The notes: generated by a model from the sequence alone, not told the origin. A stretch of 64,000 bases of DNA from Dendrobates tinctorius (GCF_039654945.1 NW_027362050.1:682001-746000), one strand, 5' to 3'. Numbered from the stretch's first letter, positions 25,100 through 37,254 are shown. Numbers and translations: made by a program.

Positions 25100-27465
25100 T
25101 GAAGCCACTTTGAGGGGTCTATATGATAGAAAATACCCAAAAGTGACACCATTCTAAAAACTGCACCCCTTAAGGTGCTCAAAACCACATTCAAGAAGTT
25201 TATTAACCCTTTAGGTGTGTCACAGGAATTTTTTGAATATTTAAAAAAAAAGTGAATATCTAACTTTTTTTCACAAAAAAAATACTTCAGGTTCAATTTT
25301 TTTTATTTTACCAAGGGTAACAGGACAAATTGGACTGCAAAAGTTATTGCGCAATTTGTCCTGAGTACGCTGATACCTGATATGTTGGGGGGAACCACTG
25401 TTTCGGCGCATGGCAGAGCTCAGAAGGGAAGGAGCGCCGTTTGACTTTTTCAAAGCAAAATTGGCTGGAATTCAGATTGGACGCCATGTCACGTTTGGAG
25501 AGCCCCTGATGTACCTAAACAGTGGAAACCCCCCACAAATGACACCATTTTGGAAACTAGACCCCCCAAGGAACTTATCTAGATGTGTGGTGAGAACTTT
25601 GAACCCCCAAGGGCTTCATAGAAGTTTATAACATACAGCCGTACAATTAAAAAATCATATTTTTTCCACAAAAATGATCTTTTCACCCTCAATTCTTATT
25701 TTTCCAAGGGTAACAGGACCCTAAAAGTTGTTGTGCAATTTGTCCTGAGTACGCTGATACCCCACATGTGGGGGTAAACCACTATTTGGGCGCATGGCAG
25801 AGCTCGGAAGGGAAGCAGCGCCATTTGAAGTTTTTGGCTGGAATTGAGATCTGACACCATGTTGCGTTTGGAAAGCCCCTGATGTACCAAAACAGTGGAA
25901 TCCCCCACAAATGACACCATTTTGAAAACTAGACCCCCAAGGAACTTATCTAGATGTGTGGTGAGCACTTTGACCCCTCCAGTGCTTCACAGAAGTTTAT
26001 AATGTCCGGGCGTGAAAATAAAAAATTCGTATTTTTTCCACAAACATGATCTTTTAGTCACCAATATTTTTATTTTCCCAAGGGTACCAGGAGAAATTGG
26101 ACCCCAAAAGTTGTTGTCCAAATTGTCCTGAGTATGCTGATACCCCATATGTGGGAGAAAACTACTGTATGGGCACATGTCGGGGCTCGGAAGGGAAGTA
26201 GTGACGTTTTGGAATGCAGACTTTGATGGAATGGTCTGCGGGTGTCATGTTGTCTTTGGAGAGCCCCTAATGTACCTAAACAGTGGAAACCCCCCACAAA
26301 TGATGCCATTTTGGAAACCAGACCCCCTAAGGAACTTATTTAGATGTGTGGTTAGCACTTTGAACCCACAAGGGCTTCACAGAAGTTTATAGTGCCCGAG
26401 CATGAAAATAAAAAAATCGTATTTTTTCCACAAACATGATCAATTAGTCCCCAATTTTTTTATTTTCCCAAGGGTAACAGGAGAAATTGGACACCAAAAG
26501 TTGTTGTCTAATTTGTCCTGAGTACGCTGACACCCCATTTGTGGGAGAAAACTACTGTATGGGAACACGTTGGGGCTCGGAAGGGAAGTAGTGACGTTTT
26601 GGAATGCAGACTTTGATGGAATGGTCTGCGGGTGTCATGTGCGTTTGGAGAGCCCCTGATCTACCTAAACTATTGAAACTCCCCACAAGTGACCCCATTT
26701 TGGACACTAGAGCCCCACAGAACTTATCTAGATGTGTGGTGAGCACTTTGAACCCCCAAGTGCTTCACAGAAGTTTATAATGCCCGGGTATGAAAATAAA
26801 AAAATCATATTTATTTCCACAAACATGATCAATTAGTCCCCAATTATTTTATTTTCCCAAGGGTAACAAGAGAAATTGAACCCCAAAAGTTGTTGTCCAA
26901 TTTGTCCTGAGTACGCTGACACCCCATTTGTGGGAGAAAACTACTGTATGGGCACACGTCGGGGCTCGGAATGGAAGTAGTGACGTTTTGGAATGCAGAC
27001 TTTGATGGAATGGTCTGCGGGTGTCATGTGCGTTTGGAGAGCCCCTAATCTACCTAAACTATTGAAACTCCCCACAAGTGACCCCATTTTGGACACTAGA
27101 CCCCCAACGGAACTTATCTAGATGTGTGGTGAGCACTTTGAACCCCCAAGTGCTTCACAGAAGTTTATAACGCCCGGGCGTGAAAATAAAAAAAATCATT
27201 TTTTTCCACAAAAATGATATTTTTGCCCCCAATTTTTTATTTTCCTAACGGTAACAGGAGAAACTGGACCCCAAAAGTTGTTTTGCAATTTGTCCTGAGT
27301 AGGCTGATACCCTACATGTGGGGGTAAAACACTGTTTGGGCGCATGGCAGAGCTTGGAAGGGAAGGAGCACCATTTGACTTTTCATCTCAGAATTGGCTG
27401 GAATTGACATCAGACGCCATGTTGCATTTGGAGAGCACCTGATGTGCTCAAACAGTGGAAACCCC
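25100..27465. repeat. ~360-390-bp tandem repeat, about 6 units, inside the piggyBac-like element
   Basis: Recurring aatttgtcctgagtacgctgatacc, gctcggaagggaag, ggaacttatctagatgtgtggtgag. Confidence 0.88.
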
Positions 27466-27612
27466 TAATTCTAACTCCAACCCTAATGCCAACACACCCC
27501 TAACCCTAATCTCAGCCCTAACCCTAGCCCTAGCCCTAACCCTAGACCTAACCCTAACCCTAACCCTAGCCCTAACCCTGGCCCTAACCCTAGCCCTAAC
27601 CCTAACCCTAAT
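27466..27612. repeat. Telomere-like (CCCTAA/CCCTAG)n tract
   Basis: Directly visible. Confidence 0.85.
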
Positions 27613-29197
27613 GGAAAAATGGAAATAAATACATTTTCTTTTAATTTTATTATTTTTCCCTTACTAAGGGGGTGATAACGGGGGGTTTGATTTACTATTT
27701 ATGGCGGTATTTATTTTAGGCGGCTGTCGCACGCTAAAAGACGCTTTTTATTGTAAAAATAGTTTTTGCATCACCACATATTGAGAGCTATAACTTTTCC
27801 GTATTTTGACTCACTGAGTCATATGAGGTCTTATTTTTTGTGGGACGAGTTGACATTTTTATTGGTACCATTTTCGGGCATGTGACATTTTTTGATCGCT
27901 TTTTATTCTGATTTTTGGGACGCAGAATGAACAAAAAACAGCGTTTCATGAATATCTTTTGGGGGGGTGCGTTTACACCGTTCCGCGTGCGGTAAAATTG
28001 ATAAAGCGGTTTTATTCTTCGGGTCAGTACGGTTACAGCGATACCTCATTTAAGTCGTTTTTTATGTTTTGTCGGTTTTATGCAATGAAAACAATTTTAT
28101 ATAAAAAATAATTATTTTTGTATCGCTTTATTCTGCAAGCTATAACTTTTTTATTTTTTCGCTGACGATGTTGTATGGCAGCTCGTTTTTTGCGGGACAA
28201 GATGATGTTTTAAGCGGTACCATGGCTATTTATATGCGTCTTTTTGATCGCGCGTTATTGCACTTTTTGTTTGGCGGTATGATAATAAATCATTATTTTT
28301 TGCTTTGTTTTTTATTTTTATTTTTTAAGGGGTTCGCTAAAGGGGTTAACTAATGGGATAGTTTTATAGGGCGGGTCATTACGGACGCGGTGATACCTAA
28401 TATGTGTACTTTTATTGTTTTTTTATTTAGAAAAAATGGATTTATTGGGGGAATATTTTTTTTTTTTCTAATTTATTTGGCGATTTTTTTTTTTAATTAT
28501 TTTAACACTTTTTTTTTTAACTTTATTACATAGTCCCAGGTGGGACATCACTGTCCTGTGACAGATCGCTGATCTGTCACATCACAGATCACTGTGACAG
28601 ATCAGCAATCTGTCACAGGCAGTTCTGCAGACTTCGTCATGCCTGCGCTTTGCAGGCACTGAGGAAGTCAGCTCCCTACAGGCCCCCGAAGGCCCCCGTC
28701 GCCATCTTGGATTCGGGGGCCTGTAGGGAAAGAGACCCCCGCAGCAGCGCTGCACATTGCGCTGCCGTGGGGGGCTCAGGGAAGCACGGAGGGAGCCCCC
28801 TCCCTGCCGATGCTTCCCTTTAACCCCCGATACACCGCGATCATGTTTGATCACGGTGTGCAAGGGGTTAACGTGTCGAGGGCGGTCCGTGACCGCCCCT
28901 GACACATCGTGCCGGGTGTCAGCTGTGATAATCAGCTGACACCCGGCCGCAATCAGCGGCGCTCACCACGTGGGCGCCGCTGATCGCGGTAGACGTACTA
29001 TCCCGTCCATGGGCATAGGGGCCCGGGTCCCATGGACGGGATAGTACGTCTGATGTCAGGAAGGGGTTAATGATATTCTCTGTTATGCCCCTTTTCTATG
29101 AAAATGTTCTGTTTTTAATGTTTTTATCTGTATTTAAATAATTTTTTTATTTTTCTTATATCCATAGTTTTGACATTTTTTCCACTTTTATTGAATA

Positions 29198-29964
29198 CTA
29201 GCTGAAGAGCCCGGCGCTGCCCGGGCATAGTAACTAACAGTGGTTAGTTATAACAAATTATAATTATCCTCCATCCCATAGTCCCGTGCCCATATACCCA
29301 TCATATATATCCTCCATCCCATAGTCCCGTGCCCATATACCAATCATACATATTCTCCATCCCATAGTCCTGTGCCCATATGCCCATCATACATATCCTC
29401 CATCCCATAGTCCCGTACCCATATACCCATCATACATATCCGCCATCCCATAGTCCCGTGCCCATATACCCATCACACATCCTCCATCCCATAGTCAATC
29501 ATTATGACATCATAATGAGCGGCGGGGTTTGATGACATCAGCGTCGCCATGGCAACCATTGTGACATCATAATGAGGGGCGGGGCATGATACGCACACAC
29601 TGTTTCCCCATTATGTGGATGGGGCATTATGACATCATAATGAGGGGCGGGGCTTGACGCAAACACACTTTTTCCCCATTATGTAGATGGGGCAAAATTG
29701 TTTGGTGAATTGGAACGCCCGGGGTTAAAATTTCGCCTCACAACATAGCTTAGGATGCTCTCGGGGTACAGACGTGTGACTGTGCCAAATTTTGTGGCTG
29801 TAGCTGCGACCGTGCGNNNNNNNNNNNNNNNNNNNNNNNNNNNNNNNNNNNNNNNNNNNNNNNNNNNNNNNNNNNNNNNNNNNNNNNNNNNNNNNNNNNN
29901 NNNNNNNNNNNNNNNNNNNNNNNNNNNNNNNNNNNNNNNNNNNNNNNNNNNNNNNNNNATTAGA
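29198..29964 (-). mobile_element. Non-autonomous Helitron, copy 1 (contains N gap)
   Basis: Minus strand 5'-TC...GC hairpin gcccgggcagcgccgggc...CTAG-3'; no TSD; A|T target; internal ~40-bp repeat. Confidence 0.8.
29817..29958. other. Assembly gap (142 N)
   Basis: N run. Confidence 0.99.
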
Positions 29965-30709
29965 CTAGCTGAAGAGCCCGGCGCTGCCCGGGCATAGTAA
30001 CTAACTGTGGTTAGTTATAGCAAATTATAATTATCTTCCATCCCATAGTCCCGTGCCCATATACCCATCATACATATCCTCCATCCCATAGTCGAATGCC
30101 CATATACCCATCACACATCCTCCATCCCATAGTCCCATGCCCATATACCCATCACACATCCTCCATCCCATAGTCCCATGCCCATATACCCATCATACAT
30201 ATTCGCTATCCCATAGTTGAGTGCCCATATACCCATCACACATCCTTCATCTCATAATCCCATGCCCATATACCCATCATACATATCCTCCATCCCATAG
30301 TCCCGTGCCCATATACCCATCACACATCCTCCATCCCATAGTCAAACATTTTGAAATCATAATGAGCGGCGGGACTTGCAACCTATGATGACATCAGTGT
30401 CGCCATGGCAACCATTGTGACATCATAATGAGGGGCGGGGCTTGATACGCACACACTTTTTCCCCAGTATGTAGATAGGGGCAAAATTGTTTGGTGAATT
30501 GGAACGCGCGGGGTTAAAATTTCGCGTCACAACATAGCTTAGGACGGTCTCGGGGTACAGACGTGTGACTGTGCCAAATTTTGTGGCTGTAGCTGCGACG
30601 GTGCGGATGCCTATCCCGGACATACACACACATACAATAAACAATAAATAATAATAATAATAATAACACATACATACATACATACACACTTTGAGCTTTA
30701 TATGTTAGA
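29965..30709 (-). mobile_element. Non-autonomous Helitron, copy 2 (head-to-tail with copy 1)
   Basis: Same termini; empty site ttgaata|ttggtgg present as reverse complement at ~24130. Confidence 0.82.
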
Positions 30710-31685
30710 TTGGTGGCTATGTGAGACAGTATCCGGAAATACTTGTATACAAGATATGAAGAAATGAACTTTTTCCAAAGAATATTTCAAGAAGATCTCT
30801 GTATATATTTATAATTTTTAGAAACATTTTTTTTAAAGAAAATTTGTTTTTATAATTTTTGTATGCACTTTGTATTGTATATGTATGCCTTATTCCTGTG
30901 TATATTAGATACGGGTTAAAATATGCATATATTTTGTACACTATGTAAATTTGGTCTCCTTTTTGCACTTTTTGCACTTAATATATTTAGGCTTAAAATA
31001 TGCATGTTAACAATGTTGAAAGATATGTTATATCATTAAATGTAATTTAATAATGTATTATATTTTCACTATATATGACAAGTTATTTTTTATAATTCCT
31101 TTATTATAGTGATATAAATTGGGTTCTTTTTTCTTTTTTCTTTTATAATGAATAATATATAATAATTCACTTTATATGATGTATTTATATGCACTTTATC
31201 ACTTTCCCTATTCATTTCTATCCCCCATTTTTTTACTTTATTAATTATATAGCGACAATAATTTGGATTGCTCCATTCTATGGTCTTTGTGCGGATCTGC
31301 TGTGGAAGTCTCTGTAGTGTGGCCTCCGTTCTTCCCTCCTACCCTGGCGCGCGGGGTTTCGAGAGATGATCGGATGACACGGGACGTTGTTTACATTTAC
31401 CATAGCAACAGACCCACGTGGGGCTCGGAGCGGCCGTCATGCTCTGACGCGTCGGGCGGATGGGTTGCTCTCGGGCTCTGCTTGGTTGTCTATATGGCTG
31501 CTATGGTAACGCATCTCATGTGTATCTGCCCTCTCTTCCTTGCCGCTTTGTGTTTGGAGGGTGGGCGTAGTTCACTCAGCGTCTGTTCCCGGAATTCCTA
31601 CATTTAGTCATAGACGGATATGACGCCACTAATGAACTGAGTACTATAAAAGAGCACATTTGAAAGATATCTCACACATACACCT

Positions 31686-31722
31686 CCCCTGGATAAAGCT
31701 AGTGCGAAACGCGCGTCAGGGT
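31686..31722 (+). ncRNA. Variant minimal hammerhead ribozyme motif in Penelope right arm
   Basis: cccct-GGATAA-agctagtgc-GAAAC-gcgc-GTC-aggg; palindromic stem III. Confidence 0.55.
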
Positions 31723-33046
31723 GTTTACCGCCTTCAGATATATCCATTTAACTCTTTGTTAGCACATATATGGACTTTTTACTGTCGGGCAGCTATTGTA
31801 TTTCCTTGCACCTTATGTTTCTTCTTTATATCAGCCACTTTATTTGCACATGCACTTTATGGGAGTAACTGCTGATATGCAGTAAATTTGTTGGAATATG
31901 CTCTGTACCTATTTAATATGCATTTGCTTTTTCATGAATTGAGGAACTAATCTTCCTTGTTCGATATACTGGTTCATGTGCAATATATTAACTATATATA
32001 TATATTTTACCTTGAGTGTTTATGCGGCTCTATTTGTATTTTTGTCCCCACATATAACTTTGTAGCACTTATGCCTCATATATGAATATAAATAAAAATG
32101 TTGAATTATTGTTGGTAAAAATCTTCCTTGGAGTTTTTCTCTTCTTTGGTGAAAAAGTTAAAGGGTTCTGAATACTTTCCATACCCACTGAATAGTGCAA
32201 TGACGGCTGATAGAGCATGGGAAAGCTTCTTTTCTAATGGAGGAGTTGATGGACTGGTCTTCTGGTCACCGGCTGCTCCATCAGCAGTCATTTCATATAT
32301 TTGTAAGAGAGAGGATTATGTAATAAAAGCGGGCACTGTGAATAACAAGAATACACTATGTAAGGGACAGCACTCTACATAACAGCAGAGGAAACTATAT
32401 AATAAGGGACGGCACCATATATAACTAGAGAGGATGTTACATAATAAGGGACGGTGTGATACATAATAAAAGAGGAAACTGTAACTAAGGATGGCACTAT
32501 ACATAAGTGAGTACACTATATACTGAGGGACTGTTCTATACATAATAAGTGAGTACACTATATACTGAGTGACTGTGCTATACATAATACGGCTGCATTC
32601 CTGTATCTGTGCAGTGTTGGTGTCCTGCCCGCTTTTACAGAGACATTAAGCATATCTTCTTCTGATCAGGGGCTTAACACCCTTTCCACCACCCAATTCA
32701 TTTTACACACATATATCTAACTTCCTCCTTCCCCTCCCCCTATTCATAAGTCCATTATAAGTCATCATTACTCCCATCCCAATCTCCTACCCCCTCATTT
32801 TCCTCGCCCCATATCTCTCATTGTCTTCTCCCTCACATCTTTCATTGTCATTTTCCCCACCTCCTCATTGTCCTCTCTCCTATACCCATCATTCTCCTCT
32901 CCCATGCCCTCATCATTGTCTTTTCCCTCACCCCATCATTTCCTCCACCACCCCGATCATTGTCCCCTCCCCCACCTCCATCATTGTCCTCTCCCCCACC
33001 TCCATCATTGTCCTCTTCCCATCTGCATCAATGTCTTCTCTCCCAT

Positions 33047-36000
33047 TGTAGGTACATGTGCCGACTGGGGGTGGTCCCTTTTTGCCGTGAACAGACTAGA
33101 GACAGAGACCGAAGTGCGTTCAAACAGGTTCCTCTTTATTGGCCATCCTCCCGACGACCGCAGCAACACAACAGTTTCTACGCACAGGCCCGGGTACCTT
33201 CCACCACCTGCTTTTCCTTAAAGCGACGTCCCTCGCGGTTCTTTCACTGTGACTGCCTTAGGCCCTCCTCCACAGCGCTTCCCCTGGCCGAGTCTGTCCG
33301 TCTGGTACCTTGGGCGTCTTCTGCCATGCGGCTATCCTGTCAGGGCCACCCCCCTGACTGTCTCTCCTTCCAGTCCCTTCTGGAGCTCTTCCTTCTTCAG
33401 TCTCTTCCTATGCTGAACGCCTCCTCCTGGACTGGCTTCTCTGGGGCTCTCTCCCTTTTTTATTCCCCTGCCTGGGAATTCCCCTCTCTAGCCCACGTAA
33501 CTTCACCCACCATGACTTTGCGGTTTCTTTAGCATTAGCTGCTAAGTCCTTTCCCTGCTTTCTTCTGTCTCCCTCTAGTGGCCAAAACCCGGTCCTACAC
33601 CATCTCTTCCTAATGCCAGCTGTTTCCCTACACATATACACAAGTTCACATCAAGTATATTTACTGCACATTTTACATTTACTGTTCCTCTTCAGACAGG
33701 TCCATAGGTCATTCCACTTCCCTACATACCCCCTTCCTTTTTCCATTGTCGTCCCCAACAATCTCGTCCCCTTCATTTTCCCTTTATGAACTTCCCCGCT
33801 TTCTTTTGTCTGTGTGACCGGTTGTCGAGCAGAGCCCGGAGCCTTCTAGTTCTACGGGGGATGCTGAACAGAGCCGGGAGCAATCATGCTCCGAGTAGTT
33901 TACAGCTACCCACAGGCGCTTTCACCTCTATGACAATTCTCATTCATTGGGATAGGACCACCTGGACTCCTCAACCGGTGCTCTCCCCCATTTTTCTCAC
34001 TTTCAGAACCGTTTTCAGATCTAGGGCGAAATGACCGAGGCTCTGGCCTACCAGGTCACCGTGTGCTCCCCTCCTTCACTTTGGGGTATTTGTGCTACTT
34101 AGGACCTGACCTATGGACCGCTGTCTGTTCCAATTCACGAAACATCTTGTACCTTCAGTTATAATCAGTCATTGAAAGCATCTTCCTCCAATTTAGTACC
34201 GGGGACCTGTTGAACATTTTTCATTTTTAATACAGGCAACATTTAAACTAGTCACTATCCCCGTTTTTCACGAACACCATTTCTACACCCTTATTAAATT
34301 GTACATCATTATTAAACTTCTTCATGATGCAACATTTCAAACGTTTTCCAAAAACATTTTAAACAGTAGTGCGCCCCCTTCCTTTGTGGGAAGCACCCCC
34401 ACGCATCCCTGCCACATCAGGAGATGGGGTCTCTTACCCCGAGGGGATGCGGAACAGTCCCCATGCTGCGCAACAGTGCACAGCAGTCCCGGTAGTCCAT
34501 ATTCAGAGGTGCTCAGGGCCGTCTCCTGATGGTCGATGTTCTGCCAACAGCACAGAACTCCACAGCCGTGGAGCCTCCAGGATGTCTTGACTGTCCCTGG
34601 ACCCCAAGTGTCCTGAGTGCCCGAGACCCTGGAATCCATATCCCCTTACGGGGGTTCATGTCCTTTGGGGAACACAATCACGGCCACAGCATAGTAACCG
34701 TGGGGGCAGTACTCTTTATAAAAGGATACATGATCCCCCATCTGCAGGGCCCTCCCATGCTTGATGGAGGCCGCGTTGAGGTAGACTTTGTGCCCGGTTT
34801 CCGCTTCCTTGATGAAACCGTACCCCCGTTCAACATTTGTGTAAATGAGCTGTCCGTGGCACAGAGGGACAGACATGGCCGTCTCCCCCTTCTCATGCAT
34901 CAGTGCCCAGACCTCCCGCTCTTTGGACTTCTGCGAGATAACGTCCGCAATCCAGACAGAGGGCCCAGTATAGACCGTGGAGCCTGGCGAGTAGGCCGCA
35001 GCCGGGGCCGAGAGTGGAGCAGAGGTGGCCATGGGTACCAGTGAGTAGGCTGCAACCGGAGCTGAGGGTGATGCAGAGGTGGCCTTGGGTACCGGGGAAT
35101 AGACCGCAACCGAAGCCAAGAGTGAGGCAGAGGTGGCCGCAGAGCCTAGCAACCCAGCCGAAGCTGCGGTCTGGAGTGGGGCCAGGGCGGCGGCAGGCCT
35201 CAAAGAATAGGCCGCCGCGGTATGGAGAGCGGCAGAGGTGACCGCAGGCCTCGGTGAGCAGGCCGCGGATCCGCTCTGCACTGGAGGCGCAGGATGTGGC
35301 GCCGCCGGGCGGGGCAGCTCAGGGTCGATGGCTCGGACATCGGTCAGCCCTGCATGGGCTGCGGATCTATCAGTAACCGGGGGTGCTGGACAAGAGGAGG
35401 CAGATCGGCGAGGCTGAGGACCGGTGTCGGGGCCCTTGGGCCTGTCTTGTGTACAGGGCGTGGGGGCGGCAACTGCCGTGGCGCTGCCGGCCGGGCCGGG
35501 GGAACGCTCACCTTTCCCGGTGCCACGGCTCCCTTCAGGCCGTCCCGCAGCTCTCCAGGAGCTGGTGCATCTGTGCGACCGGAGGGTCCGCAGTGTCTCT
35601 GGTCTTCGTTGCTCCCGGTTCAGTCGTCTGGAGCGCACTGCTGCTCTTCATCCTGCCGTCCAGCAGGACCAGCCTTCAGGCCCGATGGTTCCGCAGGGAG
35701 TGTCGGCAAAGGTTCCTCCAGCGGCTGCCCCGGCATGGACTGTGCCGCGGGCGAGCACACCGTCACCTCCAGCTCGACAGGTTCAGCCGCCGGCAGCTGC
35801 AGTGGGGTCCCAGGTCGGTCTTCCTCCAGGGTGAGTGTCCGGCACACCGGCAAGGACTCCCAGGCGCAGGTACTGCAGCGGGCCTCGACCTCCCGCCGAC
35901 TTTGCCACTCCAGTCATCCAAGGCCACGGCAGCTGCAGCATTTCATCATGTCCGATGTCCAGAATCTTAGTGGCGCAAGGCAGCCGCACCCAGCCTCTTC

Positions 36001-37124
36001 ATCAGTCACTCCCGTTCCAGGGTGGGGCATGAGCCGGCCTCTCCACCCGTTTTCCAGCATTCAGGGGGAAAGGGGTGGTTGTCACAAGATGTACACCGCT
36101 CCCCCCAGGGGCAGGCTCGGCATAGCTCACTCCGGCAGTCTCTTTTGGCGCTTTAGTCCTCCACTTCGACAGCTGCCATTTCGCTGGTTCGCCAAAGTCA
36201 CATTCAGGGTTCCTTTTAATTCGATGCAACAATTTCCAAGCACAGTCCTAATTTGTAATCCACTCCAGGCACCGTCTTCAACCTTTTCAGCTCAGGTCTT
36301 TTTAATCTTCGGCGCAGTCTCAACGCAGGCGTTGGTGGATTAGGCGGTGATGATCCTGCAGATTACGCCACTTGCAGGTACGTGTGCCGACTGGGGGTGG
36401 TCCCTTTTTGCCGCGAACAGACTGGAGACAGAGACTGACGTGCGTTCGAACAGGTTCCTCTTTATTGGCCGTCCTCACGACGACCACAGCAACACGACAG
36501 CAACATGACAGTTTCTACGCACAGGCCCGGGTACCTTCCACCTCCTGCTTTCCCACAAAGCGACGTCCCTCGCAGTTCTTTCACTGTGATTGCCTTAGGC
36601 CCACCACCACTGTGCTTCCCCTGGCCGAGTCTGTCCGTCTGGTACCCCAGGCGTCCTCTGTCCTGCGGCTATCCTGTCAGGGCCACCCCCCTGACTGTCT
36701 CTCCTTCCAGTCCCTTCCGGAGCTCTTCCTTCTTCAGTCTCTTCCTACGCTGAACTCCTCCTCCTGGACTGGCTTCCCTGGGGCTCTCTTTCTCCCTTTT
36801 TATTCCCCTGCCTGGGAATTCCCCTCTCTAGCCCCCGTATCTCCACCCACCATGACTTTGTGGTTTCTTTAGCATTAGCTGCTAAGTCCTTTCCCTGCTT
36901 TCTTCTGTCTCCCTCTAGTGGCCAAACCTTAGTTCTGCGCCGTCGCCTTTTCCTGCTGTCGTTTGTCTCCCCCTAGTGGCCAAAACCCAGTCCTACACCA
37001 TCTCTTCCTAATACCAGCAGTTTCCCCATACGTATACACAAGTTCACGTCAAGTATATTTACTGCACATCTTACATTTACTGTTCTGCTTCAGACAGGTC
37101 CATGGGTCAGTCCACTTCCCTACC
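33047..37124 (-). mobile_element. Non-autonomous LTR element with tRNA-Ser PBS carrying a cold-shock-domain ORF
   Basis: Direct repeats 33047-33726 and 36373-37124; PBS tggcgtaatctgcaggat (36370-36353); PPT aaaaggaagggggta next to the 3' LTR; no RT/IN motifs. Confidence 0.88.
34646..35638 (-). CDS. Pro/Ala-rich ORF with C-terminal cold-shock (OB-fold) domain; probably the 3' part of a longer disrupted ORF
   Basis: GQLIYTNVERGYGFIKEAETGHKVYLNAASIKHGRALQMGDHVSFYKEYCPHGYYAVAV (34855-~34680) fits the CSD pattern G.....N..+GYGFI......VF.H......L..GD.V.F......G..A..V. Confidence 0.65.
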   Translation of the reverse strand: MRSRRLNREQRRPETLRTLRSHRCTSSWRAAGRPEGSRGTGKGERSPGPAGSATAVAAPTPCTQDRPKGPDTGPQPRRSASSCPAPPVTDRSAAHAGLTDVRAIDPELPRPAAPHPAPPVQSGSAACSPRPAVTSAALHTAAAYSLRPAAALAPLQTAASAGLLGSAATSASLLASVAVYSPVPKATSASPSAPVAAYSLVPMATSAPLSAPAAAYSPGSTVYTGPSVWIADVISQKSKEREVWALMHEKGETAMSVPLCHGQLIYTNVERGYGFIKEAETGHKVYLNAASIKHGRALQMGDHVSFYKEYCPHGYYAVAVIVFPKGHEPP

Positions 37125-37254
37125 CTAAAGCCCGAAAAGCCAATAGTGCAGGCTGCAGGGAATATCAACTTGACTCAAATCAGACGTCTTAGCGCCCCTT
37201 ACAGATAAAGGCAATGTCACATTGGGTGTCCCGATTTTATTTTTTGCAAAGCCC

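Larger units (their letters stand above)
24657..29066. mobile_element. Non-autonomous TTAA-specific piggyBac-like element, 4.4 kb
   Basis: TTAA TSD (24653, 29067); ends CCC(A/C)TTC...GAAGGGG; empty TTAA site in the opposite Penelope arm at ~24258. Confidence 0.82.
13497..32148. mobile_element. Penelope-like retroelement with inverted pseudo-LTR arms, hosting nested insertions
   Basis: Left arm (13555-13704, 14926-15622, 23535-~24290) is the reverse complement of the right arm (~24629-24656, 29071-29197, 30710-32148). GIY-YIG remnant between the arms; 15-bp TSD gtgaaaaa(t/g)ttaaag at 13482 and 32149. Confidence 0.8.

Noticed and set aside
27466-27612. Chromosome end or fusion site
   Set aside because: Short, degenerate, single orientation and inside a transposon.
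35294-36343. 349-aa plus-strand ORF and other overlapping ORFs
   Set aside because: Antisense to the LTR element in very GC-rich DNA; no recognisable domain.
33043-37128. TSD for the CSD-bearing LTR element
   Set aside because: Flanks (ccat vs ctaa) do not match and the right terminus is mutated; no TSD claimed. Flanking deletion or recombination is possible.
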